This document shows positions 10,324-20,559 of a stretch of 64,000 bases of DNA, piece by piece; position 1 is the stretch's first letter, and each line of letters opens with the position of its first letter. The DNA lies in assembly GCA_035546335.1 (NCBI GenBank), contig DATKDP010000002.1:8774-72773 (forward strand), in the 5' to 3' direction. Source of the DNA: Thermoanaerobaculia bacterium (GTDB taxonomy: Bacteria > Acidobacteriota > Thermoanaerobaculia > Gp7-AA8). A program made the position numbers and the translations under genes. Below the pieces are notes generated by a model. It saw only the letters and a program-made list of their open reading frames with translations, did not search any database and was not told where the DNA came from.

Positions 10324-11919
10324 ATGTACGAGGAAACCATGGAACAGCTCGAGGATGATGTGACCCCGATGGAGAATGAAACCGCCGTCGACGTGAGCGC
10401 GGCCGCACCGGAGCGCCCCGAGAAGGAAAAGCCGGAGCGAAAACGCCCCGAACGAGCGGCGAAGGAGAAGGGGGAGAAGAGTGCCCGTGCGGCCGAAAAG
10501 GCCGCCGAAGCGGCTCCTGCCCCGGTAGCTGCCGAGGGAAGCGACGAGACGATCGAGGAGACGAACGGAGCCGCGCCGGAAGATCGAAACGGCGACAAGG
10601 GAGAGCGTGCCGAGAAAGCGCCGCGCGCCGCCCGGCGGGCCGAGTCGCCGGCCGAGCCTTCGGGCGAGACACTCGATATCCGATCGCTCAAAGAGATGAA
10701 GCTCCAGGAGATCACGCGGATCGCCAAGGAGTTCGGCATCGAGAATGCCGCCGGGATGCGGAAACAGGATCTGATCTTCTCGATTCTGCAGGCGCAGACC
10801 GAGAAAAGCGGGTTGATATTCTCGGAAGGAGTCCTGGAGTGTCTGCCCGACGGCTTCGGCTTCCTGAGGGCCCCCGAGTACAACTACCTTCCGGGGCCTG
10901 ACGACATCTACGTTTCTCCCTCGCAGATCCGGCGGTTCGATCTCCGGACGGGCGACACGGTCTCGGGTCAGGTGCGCCCGCCGAAGGAAGGAGAGCGCTA
11001 CTTCGCACTGATCAAGGTGGAAGCGGTCAACTTCGAGCATCCCGACGTGGCTCGGGAAAAGACGCTGTTCGACAATCTGACGCCTCTGTACCCCGAAGAG
11101 CGGATCAAGCTCGAAGTTCCGTGGAACATGTCGTCGCGCGTGCTCGACCTGGTGGCGCCGATCGGCAAGGGGCAGCGCGGGCTGATCGTCGCGCCGCCCA
11201 GGACCGGGAAGACGATGCTGCTGCAGGCCATCGCCAACTCGATCACGACGAATCATCCGGAGGTCACGCTGATCGTTCTTCTCATCGATGAGCGACCGGA
11301 GGAAGTCACCGACATGCAGCGGTCGGTCAAGGGTGAGGTCATCTCGTCCACGTTCGACGAGCCGGCGTCGCGTCACGTGCAGGTCGCCGAGATGGTGATC
11401 GAGAAGGCGAAACGACTCGTCGAGCACAAGCGGGACGTGGTCATTCTTCTCGATTCGATCACCCGTCTGGCGCGTGCCTACAACACAGTGGTTCCTCCCT
11501 CGGGGAAGGTGCTGTCGGGGGGAGTCGATTCGAACGCACTGCAGCGTCCGAAGCGTTTCTTCGGCGCGGCGCGGAACATCGAAGAGGGTGGCTCGCTCAC
11601 CATCATGGCCACGGCTCTGATCGACACCGGATCGCGAATGGACGACGTGATTTTCGAGGAGTTCAAGGGAACGGGCAACATGGAAGTGCACCTCGACCGG
11701 AAACTGGTGGAGAAGAGGATTTTCCCGGCGATCGACATCAACAAGTCGGGCACGCGCAAGGAAGAACTGCTGCTCGACAAGAACGAGCTGAATCGCATCT
11801 GGGTGCTGCGCAAGGTCTTCAGTCCCCTTTCGACCGTCGAATCGATGGAGCTTCTCGTCGAGAAGCTCGAGAAGACGAAATCGAACCAGGACTTCCTCAA
11901 TTCGATGAGCTCGATGTAA
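10324..11919 (+). CDS. rho: Transcription termination factor Rho with a ~135-aa charged N-terminal extension
   Basis: From [35 protein letters not shown] onward the protein is colinear with canonical Rho, including Walker [11 protein letters not shown] at 10324 chosen because the longer ORF from 10225 overlaps engB. Confidence 0.93.
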   Translation: MYEETMEQLEDDVTPMENETAVDVSAAAPERPEKEKPERKRPERAAKEKGEKSARAAEKAAEAAPAPVAAEGSDETIEETNGAAPEDRNGDKGERAEKAPRAARRAESPAEPSGETLDIRSLKEMKLQEITRIAKEFGIENAAGMRKQDLIFSILQAQTEKSGLIFSEGVLECLPDGFGFLRAPEYNYLPGPDDIYVSPSQIRRFDLRTGDTVSGQVRPPKEGERYFALIKVEAVNFEHPDVAREKTLFDNLTPLYPEERIKLEVPWNMSSRVLDLVAPIGKGQRGLIVAPPRTGKTMLLQAIANSITTNHPEVTLIVLLIDERPEEVTDMQRSVKGEVISSTFDEPASRHVQVAEMVIEKAKRLVEHKRDVVILLDSITRLARAYNTVVPPSGKVLSGGVDSNALQRPKRFFGAARNIEEGGSLTIMATALIDTGSRMDDVIFEEFKGTGNMEVHLDRKLVEKRIFPAIDINKSGTRKEELLLDKNELNRIWVLRKVFSPLSTVESMELLVEKLEKTKSNQDFLNSMSSM

Positions 11920-11956
11920 GTGAAAGCAATCCCGCCCGGATCACGTTACACGTTCC

Positions 11957-14422
11957 ATGGGTAAGCGAGGCCGCGTCCGCCATTTTCTCTGGCGTCATGC
12001 GTTCGGCATCGCCTTCGTGGTGATGCTCGTGTTCGTCATCGTCATCGGGTACGCCGGCTACAACTATGTCCTGATCAACCGCAAGTTCGATTCGAGCCGA
12101 AGGTGGGACCTGCCGAGCCGGATCTACTCCGATGCCATGCCGCTGGTTCCCGGGCTTAACTACCCGCGGGATCTGCTGGAGCCGAAGCTCAATCATGTCG
12201 GGTACCACGAGGTCGACCGGCCGCTGCGGAATCCTGGAGAGTACCGTTTCCTCGACGACGCGCTGGAGGTCTACCTGCAGAACTTCACCTATCCGGACAT
12301 GGAGTTTCACGCGATGCCGGTGCGGGTCGATTTCAACAAGGGCCGCGTGGAGAAGATCTCGCGCCTGCCCGAGGGGACGGCACTCCGGGCGGTGCGTCTC
12401 GAGCCGGAGCTGATCACATCCATCTTCGACGACGTGATGGAGGATCGGAGTCCGGTGCCGCTGGCCTCGGTTCCTCAGCATCTCATCGACGCCATCCTGG
12501 TCATCGAGGATCGCTCCTTTTTTAGTCACGAAGGAATCTCTCTGCGTGGAATCCTCAGGGCGGCGATCACCAATCTGCGACATGGCGAAGTGAGGGCTGG
12601 AGGCTCGACGCTCACCCAGCAGCTGGTGAAGAATCTCTATCTCGATCCGTCGCGCAGCTATGCGAGAAAGGTGCGCGAGGCGGCGATGGCGGTGATGCTC
12701 GAAGCACGCTACTCGAAAGAGGAGATCCTCGAGGCGTACCTGAACGAGATCTATCTGGGGCAGAACGGCGCGGTGCAGATCAACGGCGTCGAAGAGGCCT
12801 CACGGGTCTACTTCTCGAAACATGTGAACTACCTGACGTTGGCCGAATCGGCGACGCTCGCCGGAATGATCCGATTCCCCAACGGCTACTCTCCTCTGAA
12901 CCATCCCGAGCGAGCACGGAGCCGGCGGAACGTGGTCCTCCAGGCGATGCGCGAAGAGGGAAAGATCACCGACGAGCAGTATCGAGTGGCGGCCGAAGCG
13001 CCGATGACCGTCAATCGATTCCCCAAACGGTATCGAAGTGCGCCGTACTTCGTCGATCTGGTGATGAAGCAGTTGCGTGAGACCTATCCCGAAACGCAGC
13101 TGAAGACCGAAGGTCTGCGCATCTTCACGACGCTCGATACGATCATGCAGAGAGCGGCCGAAGAGGCGCTCGAACGAGGCGTCGAATCGCTTGCCAAGCG
13201 GTACGCTCACATCCGCAACTCCGATGGGCCGCTCGAGGGCGTCGTCGTCACCATCCAGCCGGGCACCGGCTACGTCAAGGCGCTCGTCGGCGGCCGGAAC
13301 TACGTGCAGAGCCAGTTCAATCGGGCACTTCAGGCGAAGAGGCAGCCCGGCTCGCTGTTCAAGCCGTTCGTCTACGTCGCCGCCATGGATCCCTCACGAT
13401 CGTCCGAGGCTCTGACGGCTTCTTCGATTCTCGACGACAGCCCGATCAGTGTCGAGACGGGCAAGTCCGCCTGGCGCCCGCAGAATTACGATGGGCAGTT
13501 CCGTGGCCCCACTCCGGTGCGCGAAGCGATTTTTCGCTCGTACAACATTCCTGCGGTTCGTGCGGCACTGGACGCCGGCGTTCCGAACGTGATCAAGCTC
13601 GCCTCCAAGATCGGCGTGCAAAGCCGGCTCGAGCCGTATCCGTCGATCTCGCTCGGCTCGTTCGAAGTCACTCCTCTGGAAATTGCCTACGCCTATTCCG
13701 TATTCGCCAACGACGGCGTCAAGGCGGAGCCGATCTCGATTCTGGCTGTCGTGACCGCCGACGGCAGGATTCTCGAGAGCCGCGAAGTGACGATGCAGCG
13801 CGTCGCGCCCCCGGGTCTGTGCTACGTGATGAACGACATGCTGAAGGATGTACTGACCCGCGGAACGGCCGCGCGTCTCCGCTCGATGGGATTCACCCGG
13901 AGATTCGCCGGGAAGACGGGGACGACCAACAATTATCGCGATGCCTGGTTCATCGGCTACTCTCCCCGCGTGCTCTCGCTGGTATGGGTCGGATTCGACG
14001 ATGCGAAGAACGTCAGGCTCTCCGGATCGGACGCGGCCGTCCCGATCTGGGGCTCCTACATGATCCGCGTAGCCGGCATGGTGCCGGACATCGACTTCAA
14101 ACGTCCCGACGATGTCGTCGACCGCCAGATCGACTCCGAGAGTGGGATGCTGGCGACGCCTTTCTGTCCGCGAGTCGTGAACGAGCTCTACGTCTCCGGT
14201 ACGCAACCGTCCGAATTCTGCACTCTCCATTCGCCGCTGTTCGACGATCGCCGGCCCTTCCTGGGCAGCCGTCCGGCGCGGCGATCGGGCGAGCCGCCCC
14301 TGATCGCCGAGGCTGGTGAGCGGCCAGGGCTGCCACAGACCGAACAGGGTGAGGCGGCGGCGCGGCGCAAGGAAAAGCGGATCAAACGCATTCTCCGCTG
14401 GATGTTCGAGGAGAACCCCTGA
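11957..14422 (+). CDS. mrcA: Bifunctional class A penicillin-binding protein (PBP1A-type transglycosylase/transpeptidase)
   Basis: N-terminal TM. Glycosyltransferase motifs EDRSFFSHEGIS and GGSTLTQQL. Transpeptidase motifs SLFK, SYN and KTGTT. Confidence 0.87.
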   Translation: MGKRGRVRHFLWRHAFGIAFVVMLVFVIVIGYAGYNYVLINRKFDSSRRWDLPSRIYSDAMPLVPGLNYPRDLLEPKLNHVGYHEVDRPLRNPGEYRFLDDALEVYLQNFTYPDMEFHAMPVRVDFNKGRVEKISRLPEGTALRAVRLEPELITSIFDDVMEDRSPVPLASVPQHLIDAILVIEDRSFFSHEGISLRGILRAAITNLRHGEVRAGGSTLTQQLVKNLYLDPSRSYARKVREAAMAVMLEARYSKEEILEAYLNEIYLGQNGAVQINGVEEASRVYFSKHVNYLTLAESATLAGMIRFPNGYSPLNHPERARSRRNVVLQAMREEGKITDEQYRVAAEAPMTVNRFPKRYRSAPYFVDLVMKQLRETYPETQLKTEGLRIFTTLDTIMQRAAEEALERGVESLAKRYAHIRNSDGPLEGVVVTIQPGTGYVKALVGGRNYVQSQFNRALQAKRQPGSLFKPFVYVAAMDPSRSSEALTASSILDDSPISVETGKSAWRPQNYDGQFRGPTPVREAIFRSYNIPAVRAALDAGVPNVIKLASKIGVQSRLEPYPSISLGSFEVTPLEIAYAYSVFANDGVKAEPISILAVVTADGRILESREVTMQRVAPPGLCYVMNDMLKDVLTRGTAARLRSMGFTRRFAGKTGTTNNYRDAWFIGYSPRVLSLVWVGFDDAKNVRLSGSDAAVPIWGSYMIRVAGMVPDIDFKRPDDVVDRQIDSESGMLATPFCPRVVNELYVSGTQPSEFCTLHSPLFDDRRPFLGSRPARRSGEPPLIAEAGERPGLPQTEQGEAAARRKEKRIKRILRWMFEENP

Positions 14423-14558
14423 GCGCCCGGTGCTTTACAATCGGACATCGCGAGTCCCGGAGGCGTGCCCGTTCTGGTGAAACGGTGGTGATGAGGGCCC
14501 TCCTCGGCACTCCCCTTTGCGTCTCCATGGGCTCTGATTCGAAGGAGCTTGATCGACC

Positions 14559-15344
14559 GTGAGAGCAGCGAGAGTGATCGGGAACATCACGGGTGGAATC
14601 GAGGAGGTTCTGCTCTACGTGGGAGGGCTGACCGACCTCACGAGGCAGACCATCCGGCAGGCGTTTCGCCGCCCGTTCGAGATGCGGTTGCTGCTGGTAC
14701 AGTTCGATGTAATCGGCGTGCAGTCTCTGTCGATCGTCGGAATCACGGCGCTTTTCATCGGTATGGTGCTGGCACTTCAGACGGCCTACTCGCTCGCCGA
14801 CTTCGGAGGGAAACTGTTCATCGGGAAAGTCGTTTCTCTCTCTCTGGTGCGCGAGCTCGCGCCGGTGCTCATGTCGTTGATGGTCGGTGGGCGGGTGGGG
14901 GCGGGCATGACCGCCGAGATCGGTACGATGAAAGTGACCGAGCAGATCGACGCGCTCCGGGCGCTGGCAACGAGCCCCATCCGCAAGCTCGTCGTTCCGA
15001 AAGTGGTTGCGACGACGCTGATGCTTCCGCTGCTGACGATTCTCGCCTCGTTTCTCGGAATCATCGGAGGCCTGCTGATCGCCGTATTCAATCTCAATCT
15101 TTCGATGAACTTCTACATGAGAAGCGTCATCACCACGCTCAAGTACAACGACATTGCTTCCGGCGTGGGGAAGACCTTCTTTTTCGGGTTTGCGATCGCG
15201 ATGATCGCCTGCTTCAACGGGCTGAGAACATCGGGAGGGGCCGATGGCGTGGGACGTGCGACGACTGCCACGGTGGTTACGGCCTCCATCTCGGTTCTCA
15301 TCATGGATTTCTTTCTGACCAAGCTGTTTCTGATGGTTCTATGA
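14559..15344 (+). CDS. mlaE: MlaE-type ABC transporter permease
   Basis: 261-aa multi-TM protein with typical MlaE/Ttg2B sequence. GTG start after GAAGGAG. Confidence 0.85.
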   Translation: MRAARVIGNITGGIEEVLLYVGGLTDLTRQTIRQAFRRPFEMRLLLVQFDVIGVQSLSIVGITALFIGMVLALQTAYSLADFGGKLFIGKVVSLSLVRELAPVLMSLMVGGRVGAGMTAEIGTMKVTEQIDALRALATSPIRKLVVPKVVATTLMLPLLTILASFLGIIGGLLIAVFNLNLSMNFYMRSVITTLKYNDIASGVGKTFFFGFAIAMIACFNGLRTSGGADGVGRATTATVVTASISVLIMDFFLTKLFLMVL

Positions 15345-16162
15345 CCACTGCTCCCAACATCGATCGCCGCGCGACGGCTCGAGAGACGCCCGACCGGCGC
15401 CTCGAGCCGCGCGATGTGATCGTGGAGTTTCGGGACGTTCAGAAGGCGTATGGGCGGAAGAAGGTGCTTCGTGGAGCGAGCTTCTCTCTTTTTCGCGGCG
15501 AGGTCCTCGTGATTCTCGGCGGCTCGGGAACGGGAAAGTCGGTGACACTGCGTCACATGCTCGGGCTCGAAGCGCCCGATGAGGGACGCGTGATCGTCGC
15601 CGGTGAGGACATCACGGACCTGGAGGAGTCGGAGCTCTTTCGTGTGCGCAAGAAATTCGGCATGCTGTTTCAGAGTGGGGGCCTCTTCGACTCCATGAGC
15701 GTCTACGAGAACATCGCATTTCCGCTGCGCGAGCACACGACGATGGAAGAAGAGGAGATCGCGAGTATGGTTCGCGAGAAATTGGAGATGGTCAACCTTC
15801 CGGGGACGGAGCGGCTGATGCCCGTCGATTTGTCCGGCGGAATGCGAAAGCGCGTCGGCCTGGCTCGGGCGATCGTGCTGAATCCCGAGGTGGTGCTCTA
15901 CGACGAGCCGACCACGGGGCTCGACCCGATCACCGCCGACACGATCAACCAGATGATGATCGGATTGCAGACGAAACTGAGCATCACCTCGGTGGTGGTG
16001 ACTCACGACATTCACTCGGCGTTCACGGTGGGAGACCGGATCGCCTTCCTGAACAACGGTATTTTCGAATGGATCGGAACGATGGATGAGGCGAGGAGAA
16101 GCGACCACGCGATACTGCGCGAGTTTCTGGTCACTTCCGCGGTTGCCTCTGCACAGCCATGA
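15341..16162 (+). CDS. mlaF: MlaF-type ABC transporter ATP-binding protein
   Basis: ATGA overlap with mlaE. Walker A GGSGTGKS, signature LSGGMRKR, Walker B VVLYDEP. Confidence 0.88.
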   Translation: MTTAPNIDRRATARETPDRRLEPRDVIVEFRDVQKAYGRKKVLRGASFSLFRGEVLVILGGSGTGKSVTLRHMLGLEAPDEGRVIVAGEDITDLEESELFRVRKKFGMLFQSGGLFDSMSVYENIAFPLREHTTMEEEEIASMVREKLEMVNLPGTERLMPVDLSGGMRKRVGLARAIVLNPEVVLYDEPTTGLDPITADTINQMMIGLQTKLSITSVVVTHDIHSAFTVGDRIAFLNNGIFEWIGTMDEARRSDHAILREFLVTSAVASAQP

Positions 16163-17583
16163 ACAAGACAGAACGACAGTTTGCGCGCTACATCAGAATC
16201 GGGCTTCTCGTCGCCGTCTCGTTGCTCATTTTGATGGTGACGCTGTTTTTCATCGGATCAGAGCAGAAGATTTTTTCCAAGAAGCACGAGTATTACGTTC
16301 ATTTCGAGAGCGCCTCGGGGCTCGCTGAGGGGAATCCCGTCAGGCTTTCCGGAGTGACGGTCGGCGTGGTGCGCGACATTCGCCTGCCGCGGGATCCGGA
16401 AGAGCGGAGCGTCGTCATCGCGTTGATGGTCGATCGGAAGTTTTCCGAGAGGATTCGGCTCGATTCCCGAGCGCGTCTCAAAAAGCTCGGTCTCCTCGCA
16501 GGTGACAGCTACATCGACGTCACACCGGGATCTCCTCGATTCCCGGCCATCGAGCCGGGAAACATCATTCCCGCTCAGAAGGCGACGAACGTCGACCAGC
16601 TCATCTCTTCCGGTGAAGATCTGGTCGACAATTTCGTCCAGATCTCCTATTCGCTGAAGAACGTTCTGGAGCGTGTCGACCGCGGCGAAGGCCTGCTCGG
16701 AGAGCTGACGAAGTCTCCCGACAAGAAAGAAAGAATCACCGACACCCTCGTGACGACTCTCAGCAAGACCAACGAAGTGCTCACCGAGATTCAGCACGGG
16801 GACGGAGTGCTCGGAAAGATCATCTACGACAAGGAGTATGCGGCATCGCTGACCGGATCGCTGGAGTCGAGTGCGCAGTCGCTCCAGGCGATCATGGCGA
16901 ACGTTCAGAGGGGATTCGAGAGCGGCGAGGGAGCGCTTCCGGCGCTTCTGCACGATCCGGAAGGCAAGGGAAAGGTGATCGCTCTTCTCGAGAATCTGCG
17001 CGTCACGTCGGAACGACTCGCCCTGTTCACCGCCTCACTCGAGACGGGAGAGGGTCTCGTTCCCCGCCTGCTCAACGACAAGGAGTTCGGCGATGAGACT
17101 CTTCGCGAGTTCCGACACCTGGTGCAGCAGCTCAATGAGATGGCGACGAAGCTCAACGAGGGAGAGGGGACGGCCGGGAAGCTGATCTCCGACCCGGCGA
17201 TCTACGAATCGATCAACGACGTCCTGATCGGGATCAACGAATCGCGGCTGCTCCGATGGCTCGTCCGCTCGCGGCAGCAGCGGGGGATCGAACGGCGATA
17301 CGAGACGGAACGCAGTCGTGATACCGCGCCACCAGCGAGCGGCCCGCGCAAACCGGCTGCGACTCCCGCGCGGACGCAAGCGTCGTCCAGCGCCGCGATC
17401 GACCCTCCTCCCCCCGAGGTCGCCGTGATTCCGCCGGCGGCTGAAATGCCGGTCGAGACACCGCTTCCCGAGGCCGGTAGCGCGCCGGCGGTAGAGGAAG
17501 AGGAAGCGAATCCCGAAGGGAGGGGCGAGCAGGAGAGTGCCGAGGACGAACCGCAGGCCGACCCTCCTCCGCAGGTGTACTAA
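16159..17583 (+). CDS. mlaD: MCE/MlaD-family substrate-binding protein with a long coiled-coil and Pro/Glu-rich tail
   Basis: ATGA overlap with mlaF. N-terminal TM followed by an MCE domain (GNPVRLSGVTVGVV). Confidence 0.8.
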   Translation: MNKTERQFARYIRIGLLVAVSLLILMVTLFFIGSEQKIFSKKHEYYVHFESASGLAEGNPVRLSGVTVGVVRDIRLPRDPEERSVVIALMVDRKFSERIRLDSRARLKKLGLLAGDSYIDVTPGSPRFPAIEPGNIIPAQKATNVDQLISSGEDLVDNFVQISYSLKNVLERVDRGEGLLGELTKSPDKKERITDTLVTTLSKTNEVLTEIQHGDGVLGKIIYDKEYAASLTGSLESSAQSLQAIMANVQRGFESGEGALPALLHDPEGKGKVIALLENLRVTSERLALFTASLETGEGLVPRLLNDKEFGDETLREFRHLVQQLNEMATKLNEGEGTAGKLISDPAIYESINDVLIGINESRLLRWLVRSRQQRGIERRYETERSRDTAPPASGPRKPAATPARTQASSSAAIDPPPPEVAVIPPAAEMPVETPLPEAGSAPAVEEEEANPEGRGEQESAEDEPQADPPPQVY

Positions 17584-17705
17584 TCGCTTCGGCGAAGGTA
17601 GTATTGCGCCGCTGCGACTCGGGGTCGATCGCTTCAGTGATCGGCCGAGCCGGCGGGGCTGGATGACCCTTCGCGCCTCGTGATCGAATTCAAAGGGAGA
17701 CCTCA

Positions 17706-19046
17706 GTGAACATCGCTGTCATCGGAACGGGATACGTGGGGCTCGTCACTGGCGCCGGCCTCGCCGATTTCGGAAACGAAGTCATCTGCGTCGACATCGA
17801 CGAGAACAAGATCGGCGCGCTGCGCGAAGGGAAGATCCCGATCTACGAACCGGGTCTCGAGGCGATCGTCAGCAAGAACGTCTCCGAAGGGCGACTCGGC
17901 TTCTCCACCGATCTCGCTTCGGCGATTCAGCAGTCGCGGGCGATTTTCATCGCCGTAGGCACGCCCCCGCTGCCCGACGGATCGGCCGATCTCCGCTATG
18001 TGGCGGAAGTCGCCAGATCGATCGCCGAGCACATCGACAGCCCGAAGGTGGTGATCACCAAGTCGACGGTTCCGATCGGGACGGGGCGGATGATCGAGTC
18101 GATTCTGGCCGCCAGCGGTTCGCAGCACAGAGCGCACGTCGTGTCGAATCCGGAGTTTCTGCGTGAAGGTTCGGCGATCGAGGATTTCATGAAGCCCGAT
18201 CGCGTCGTGATCGGGGCCTCCGATGACGAGGCGGTCAAACTGATGCGGGAAATCTATGCGCCGCTCCATTCTCTCGAGATTCCGTTCGTGGTCACGAACG
18301 TCGAATCGGCCGAACTGATCAAATATGCGGCCAACGGATTCCTCGCCACCAAGATCTCGTTCATCAACGAGATTGCGATTCTCTGCGAGCGGATCGGTGG
18401 TGATGTTCAGGACGTTGCTCGCGGCATGGGACTCGACACGCGAATCGGTCAGAAGTTCCTTCAGGCGGGTCCCGGATTCGGCGGCTCCTGCTTTCCGAAG
18501 GACACATCGGCCGTTGCCGACATCGCACGTCGTTACAACTACGAATTCCGCATCATCAATGCGGTGATCGAGGTCAATCGCCTCATCAAGGAACGGATGG
18601 TCGACAAAGTGGCCGATGCGCTGGGAGGCGTGGAGGGCAAACTCGTCGGCGTTCTCGGGCTGGCCTTCAAGCCGGAGACCGATGACATGCGCGAATCTCC
18701 GACGATTCCGCTCATTCAGGGTCTGCAGAAGCGGGGAGCGAGGATCCGGACCTACGATCCGGAGGCGATGCAGAATGCCGAGTCGATCTTCCATGACATC
18801 GAGTTCTGCCGTGATGCCTACGAGACGGCGAAGGGATGCGATGCACTGGTGATCGCCACCGAGTGGAACGAGTTCCGTGCACTCAATTTCTCGCGAGTTC
18901 GCCAGGGAATGAAGCGACCGGTCATCATCGACCTCCGCAATCTCTACGACGTCAAGCGGATGCGCGAGGAGGGATTCGAGTACCATTCCGTCGGCCGCGC
19001 TCCGAGCCCTGCCCGGCGAACCGACGGTGTCGGGGAGGATCGCTGA
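17706..19046 (+). CDS. ugd: UDP-glucose 6-dehydrogenase
   Basis: GTG start. Rossmann motif [15 protein letters not shown] and catalytic [10 protein letters not shown]. Confidence 0.9.
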   Translation: MNIAVIGTGYVGLVTGAGLADFGNEVICVDIDENKIGALREGKIPIYEPGLEAIVSKNVSEGRLGFSTDLASAIQQSRAIFIAVGTPPLPDGSADLRYVAEVARSIAEHIDSPKVVITKSTVPIGTGRMIESILAASGSQHRAHVVSNPEFLREGSAIEDFMKPDRVVIGASDDEAVKLMREIYAPLHSLEIPFVVTNVESAELIKYAANGFLATKISFINEIAILCERIGGDVQDVARGMGLDTRIGQKFLQAGPGFGGSCFPKDTSAVADIARRYNYEFRIINAVIEVNRLIKERMVDKVADALGGVEGKLVGVLGLAFKPETDDMRESPTIPLIQGLQKRGARIRTYDPEAMQNAESIFHDIEFCRDAYETAKGCDALVIATEWNEFRALNFSRVRQGMKRPVIIDLRNLYDVKRMREEGFEYHSVGRAPSPARRTDGVGEDR

Positions 19047-19996
19047 TGGCTCGCGCGCTGATCACCGGCGGGGCCGGATTCCTCGGATCTCATCTCTGCG
19101 ATCTGTTCCTCGCACGAGGCCATGAGGTCATCTGCATGGACAACTTCATCACCGGCTCGCCCGCCAACGTTTCGCATCTGGTGCGACGCCCGGGATTCAC
19201 CTTCGTCGAGCACGACGTCACCGAGCACATTCACGTCGAAGGAGATCTCGACTACGTGCTTCACTTCGCTTCGCCGGCGAGCCCGATCGACTACCTCGAG
19301 AAGCCGATTCAGACACTGAAGGTCGGTTCCCTCGGCACGCACAAGACCCTCGGGCTGGCGAAGGACAAGGGCTCCCGCTACCTGCTGGCTTCGACCTCCG
19401 AGGTCTACGGCGACCCACTCGTGCATCCGCAGACGGAGGACTACTGGGGCAATGTGAATCCGGTCGGTCCGCGCGGCGTGTACGATGAAGCGAAACGGTT
19501 CGCCGAGGCGATGACCATGGCCTACCACCGCTACCATCGCGTCGATACCCGGATCGTGCGCATCTTCAATACCTATGGAGAACGGATGCGTTTCAACGAT
19601 GGCCGCGTCGTTCCCGCATTCATCACACAGGCCCTGAGCGGCGAGCCGATGACGATCTTCGGTGATGGCTCGCAGACTCGATCCTTCTGTTACGTCTCCG
19701 ATTTGATCGACGGCATTTACCGGCTGCTCATGTCGGACGAGATCGAGCCGGTGAACATCGGGAATCCTGCAGAGATGACCGTGCTGGAGTTCGCCGAGGT
19801 CATCAGAAAACTGACCCAAACGAGCTCGCCAATCGAGTATCGCCCGCTTCCTCTCGACGACCCGAAGATCCGAAGGCCGGACATCGGAAAGGCCAGACGA
19901 CTGCTCGACTGGGAGCCGCGTGTACCTCTCGAAGAGGGACTCGAGCGAGCGATCGCCTACTTCCGTGAGAACCTCGATAGCAGCGGTGTGAACTGA
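19046..19996 (+). CDS. uxs: UDP-glucuronate decarboxylase (UDP-xylose synthase), SDR family
   Basis: TGATG overlap with ugd. GGAGFLGSH motif, and [32 protein letters not shown] typical of UXS. Confidence 0.85.
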   Translation: MARALITGGAGFLGSHLCDLFLARGHEVICMDNFITGSPANVSHLVRRPGFTFVEHDVTEHIHVEGDLDYVLHFASPASPIDYLEKPIQTLKVGSLGTHKTLGLAKDKGSRYLLASTSEVYGDPLVHPQTEDYWGNVNPVGPRGVYDEAKRFAEAMTMAYHRYHRVDTRIVRIFNTYGERMRFNDGRVVPAFITQALSGEPMTIFGDGSQTRSFCYVSDLIDGIYRLLMSDEIEPVNIGNPAEMTVLEFAEVIRKLTQTSSPIEYRPLPLDDPKIRRPDIGKARRLLDWEPRVPLEEGLERAIAYFRENLDSSGVN

Positions 19997-20045
19997 CTCT
20001 CGGGCATCATGCGATCGCCCGGAGAGGTCGTTGGAGCTTGAAAAG

Positions 20046-20558
20046 ATGAAGAAGATCGACAGCGGAAAGTACACATGGGTGAGCCCCGGCGCACGGGAAT
20101 TCTCGCTGGAGAAGGGGCACGACCAGATCGGTGAGCTCCGGTGGGAGAAGGCCACCGGCTCGCTCGCGACCGGCCGGCTCGATGCCGAGCAGTGGTCGTT
20201 CAAGCGCGTCGGATACTTCCACCCTCATGTTACGGTGCGCAGGGTGGGCACTGAGGCAGACATCGGCCGGGTGGTGCTGGGAATCGGCGGTGGCGGCTCG
20301 GTTCAGTTCAGGGATGGTGAGCGCTACGACTGGACGAGCAACCTCTGGCGGTCGGAGTGGGGATGGATGACTCCCTCGGGCCGATCGCTCGTTCGATTCC
20401 ATCGCGAATTCGGACTCGGCGAGCGTTCGGGCTCGGTCGAGATTCCAGAGGATCATCTCCAGACGATCCACCTCCCGCTGCTGGTCGTTCTGGGGTGGTA
20501 TCTGATCGTCCTGCTGGCCGAAGATGCGGCGATCGCACAGTCGGTGTCGGGAGGTTGA
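20046..20558 (+). CDS. Hypothetical protein with a C-terminal TM helix
   Basis: Coding-like codon usage and no recognisable domain. ATG at 20046 is preferred over TTG at 20031 on RBS spacing. Confidence 0.5.
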   Translation: MKKIDSGKYTWVSPGAREFSLEKGHDQIGELRWEKATGSLATGRLDAEQWSFKRVGYFHPHVTVRRVGTEADIGRVVLGIGGGGSVQFRDGERYDWTSNLWRSEWGWMTPSGRSLVRFHREFGLGERSGSVEIPEDHLQTIHLPLLVVLGWYLIVLLAEDAAIAQSVSGG

Positions 20559-20559
20559 T

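Noticed and set aside
14549-16162. A 537-aa ORF spanning mlaE and mlaF.
   Set aside because: The N-terminal 260 aa are a frame shadow of mlaE. The ABC ATPase homology starts at ATG 15341, which overlaps the mlaE stop (ATGA).
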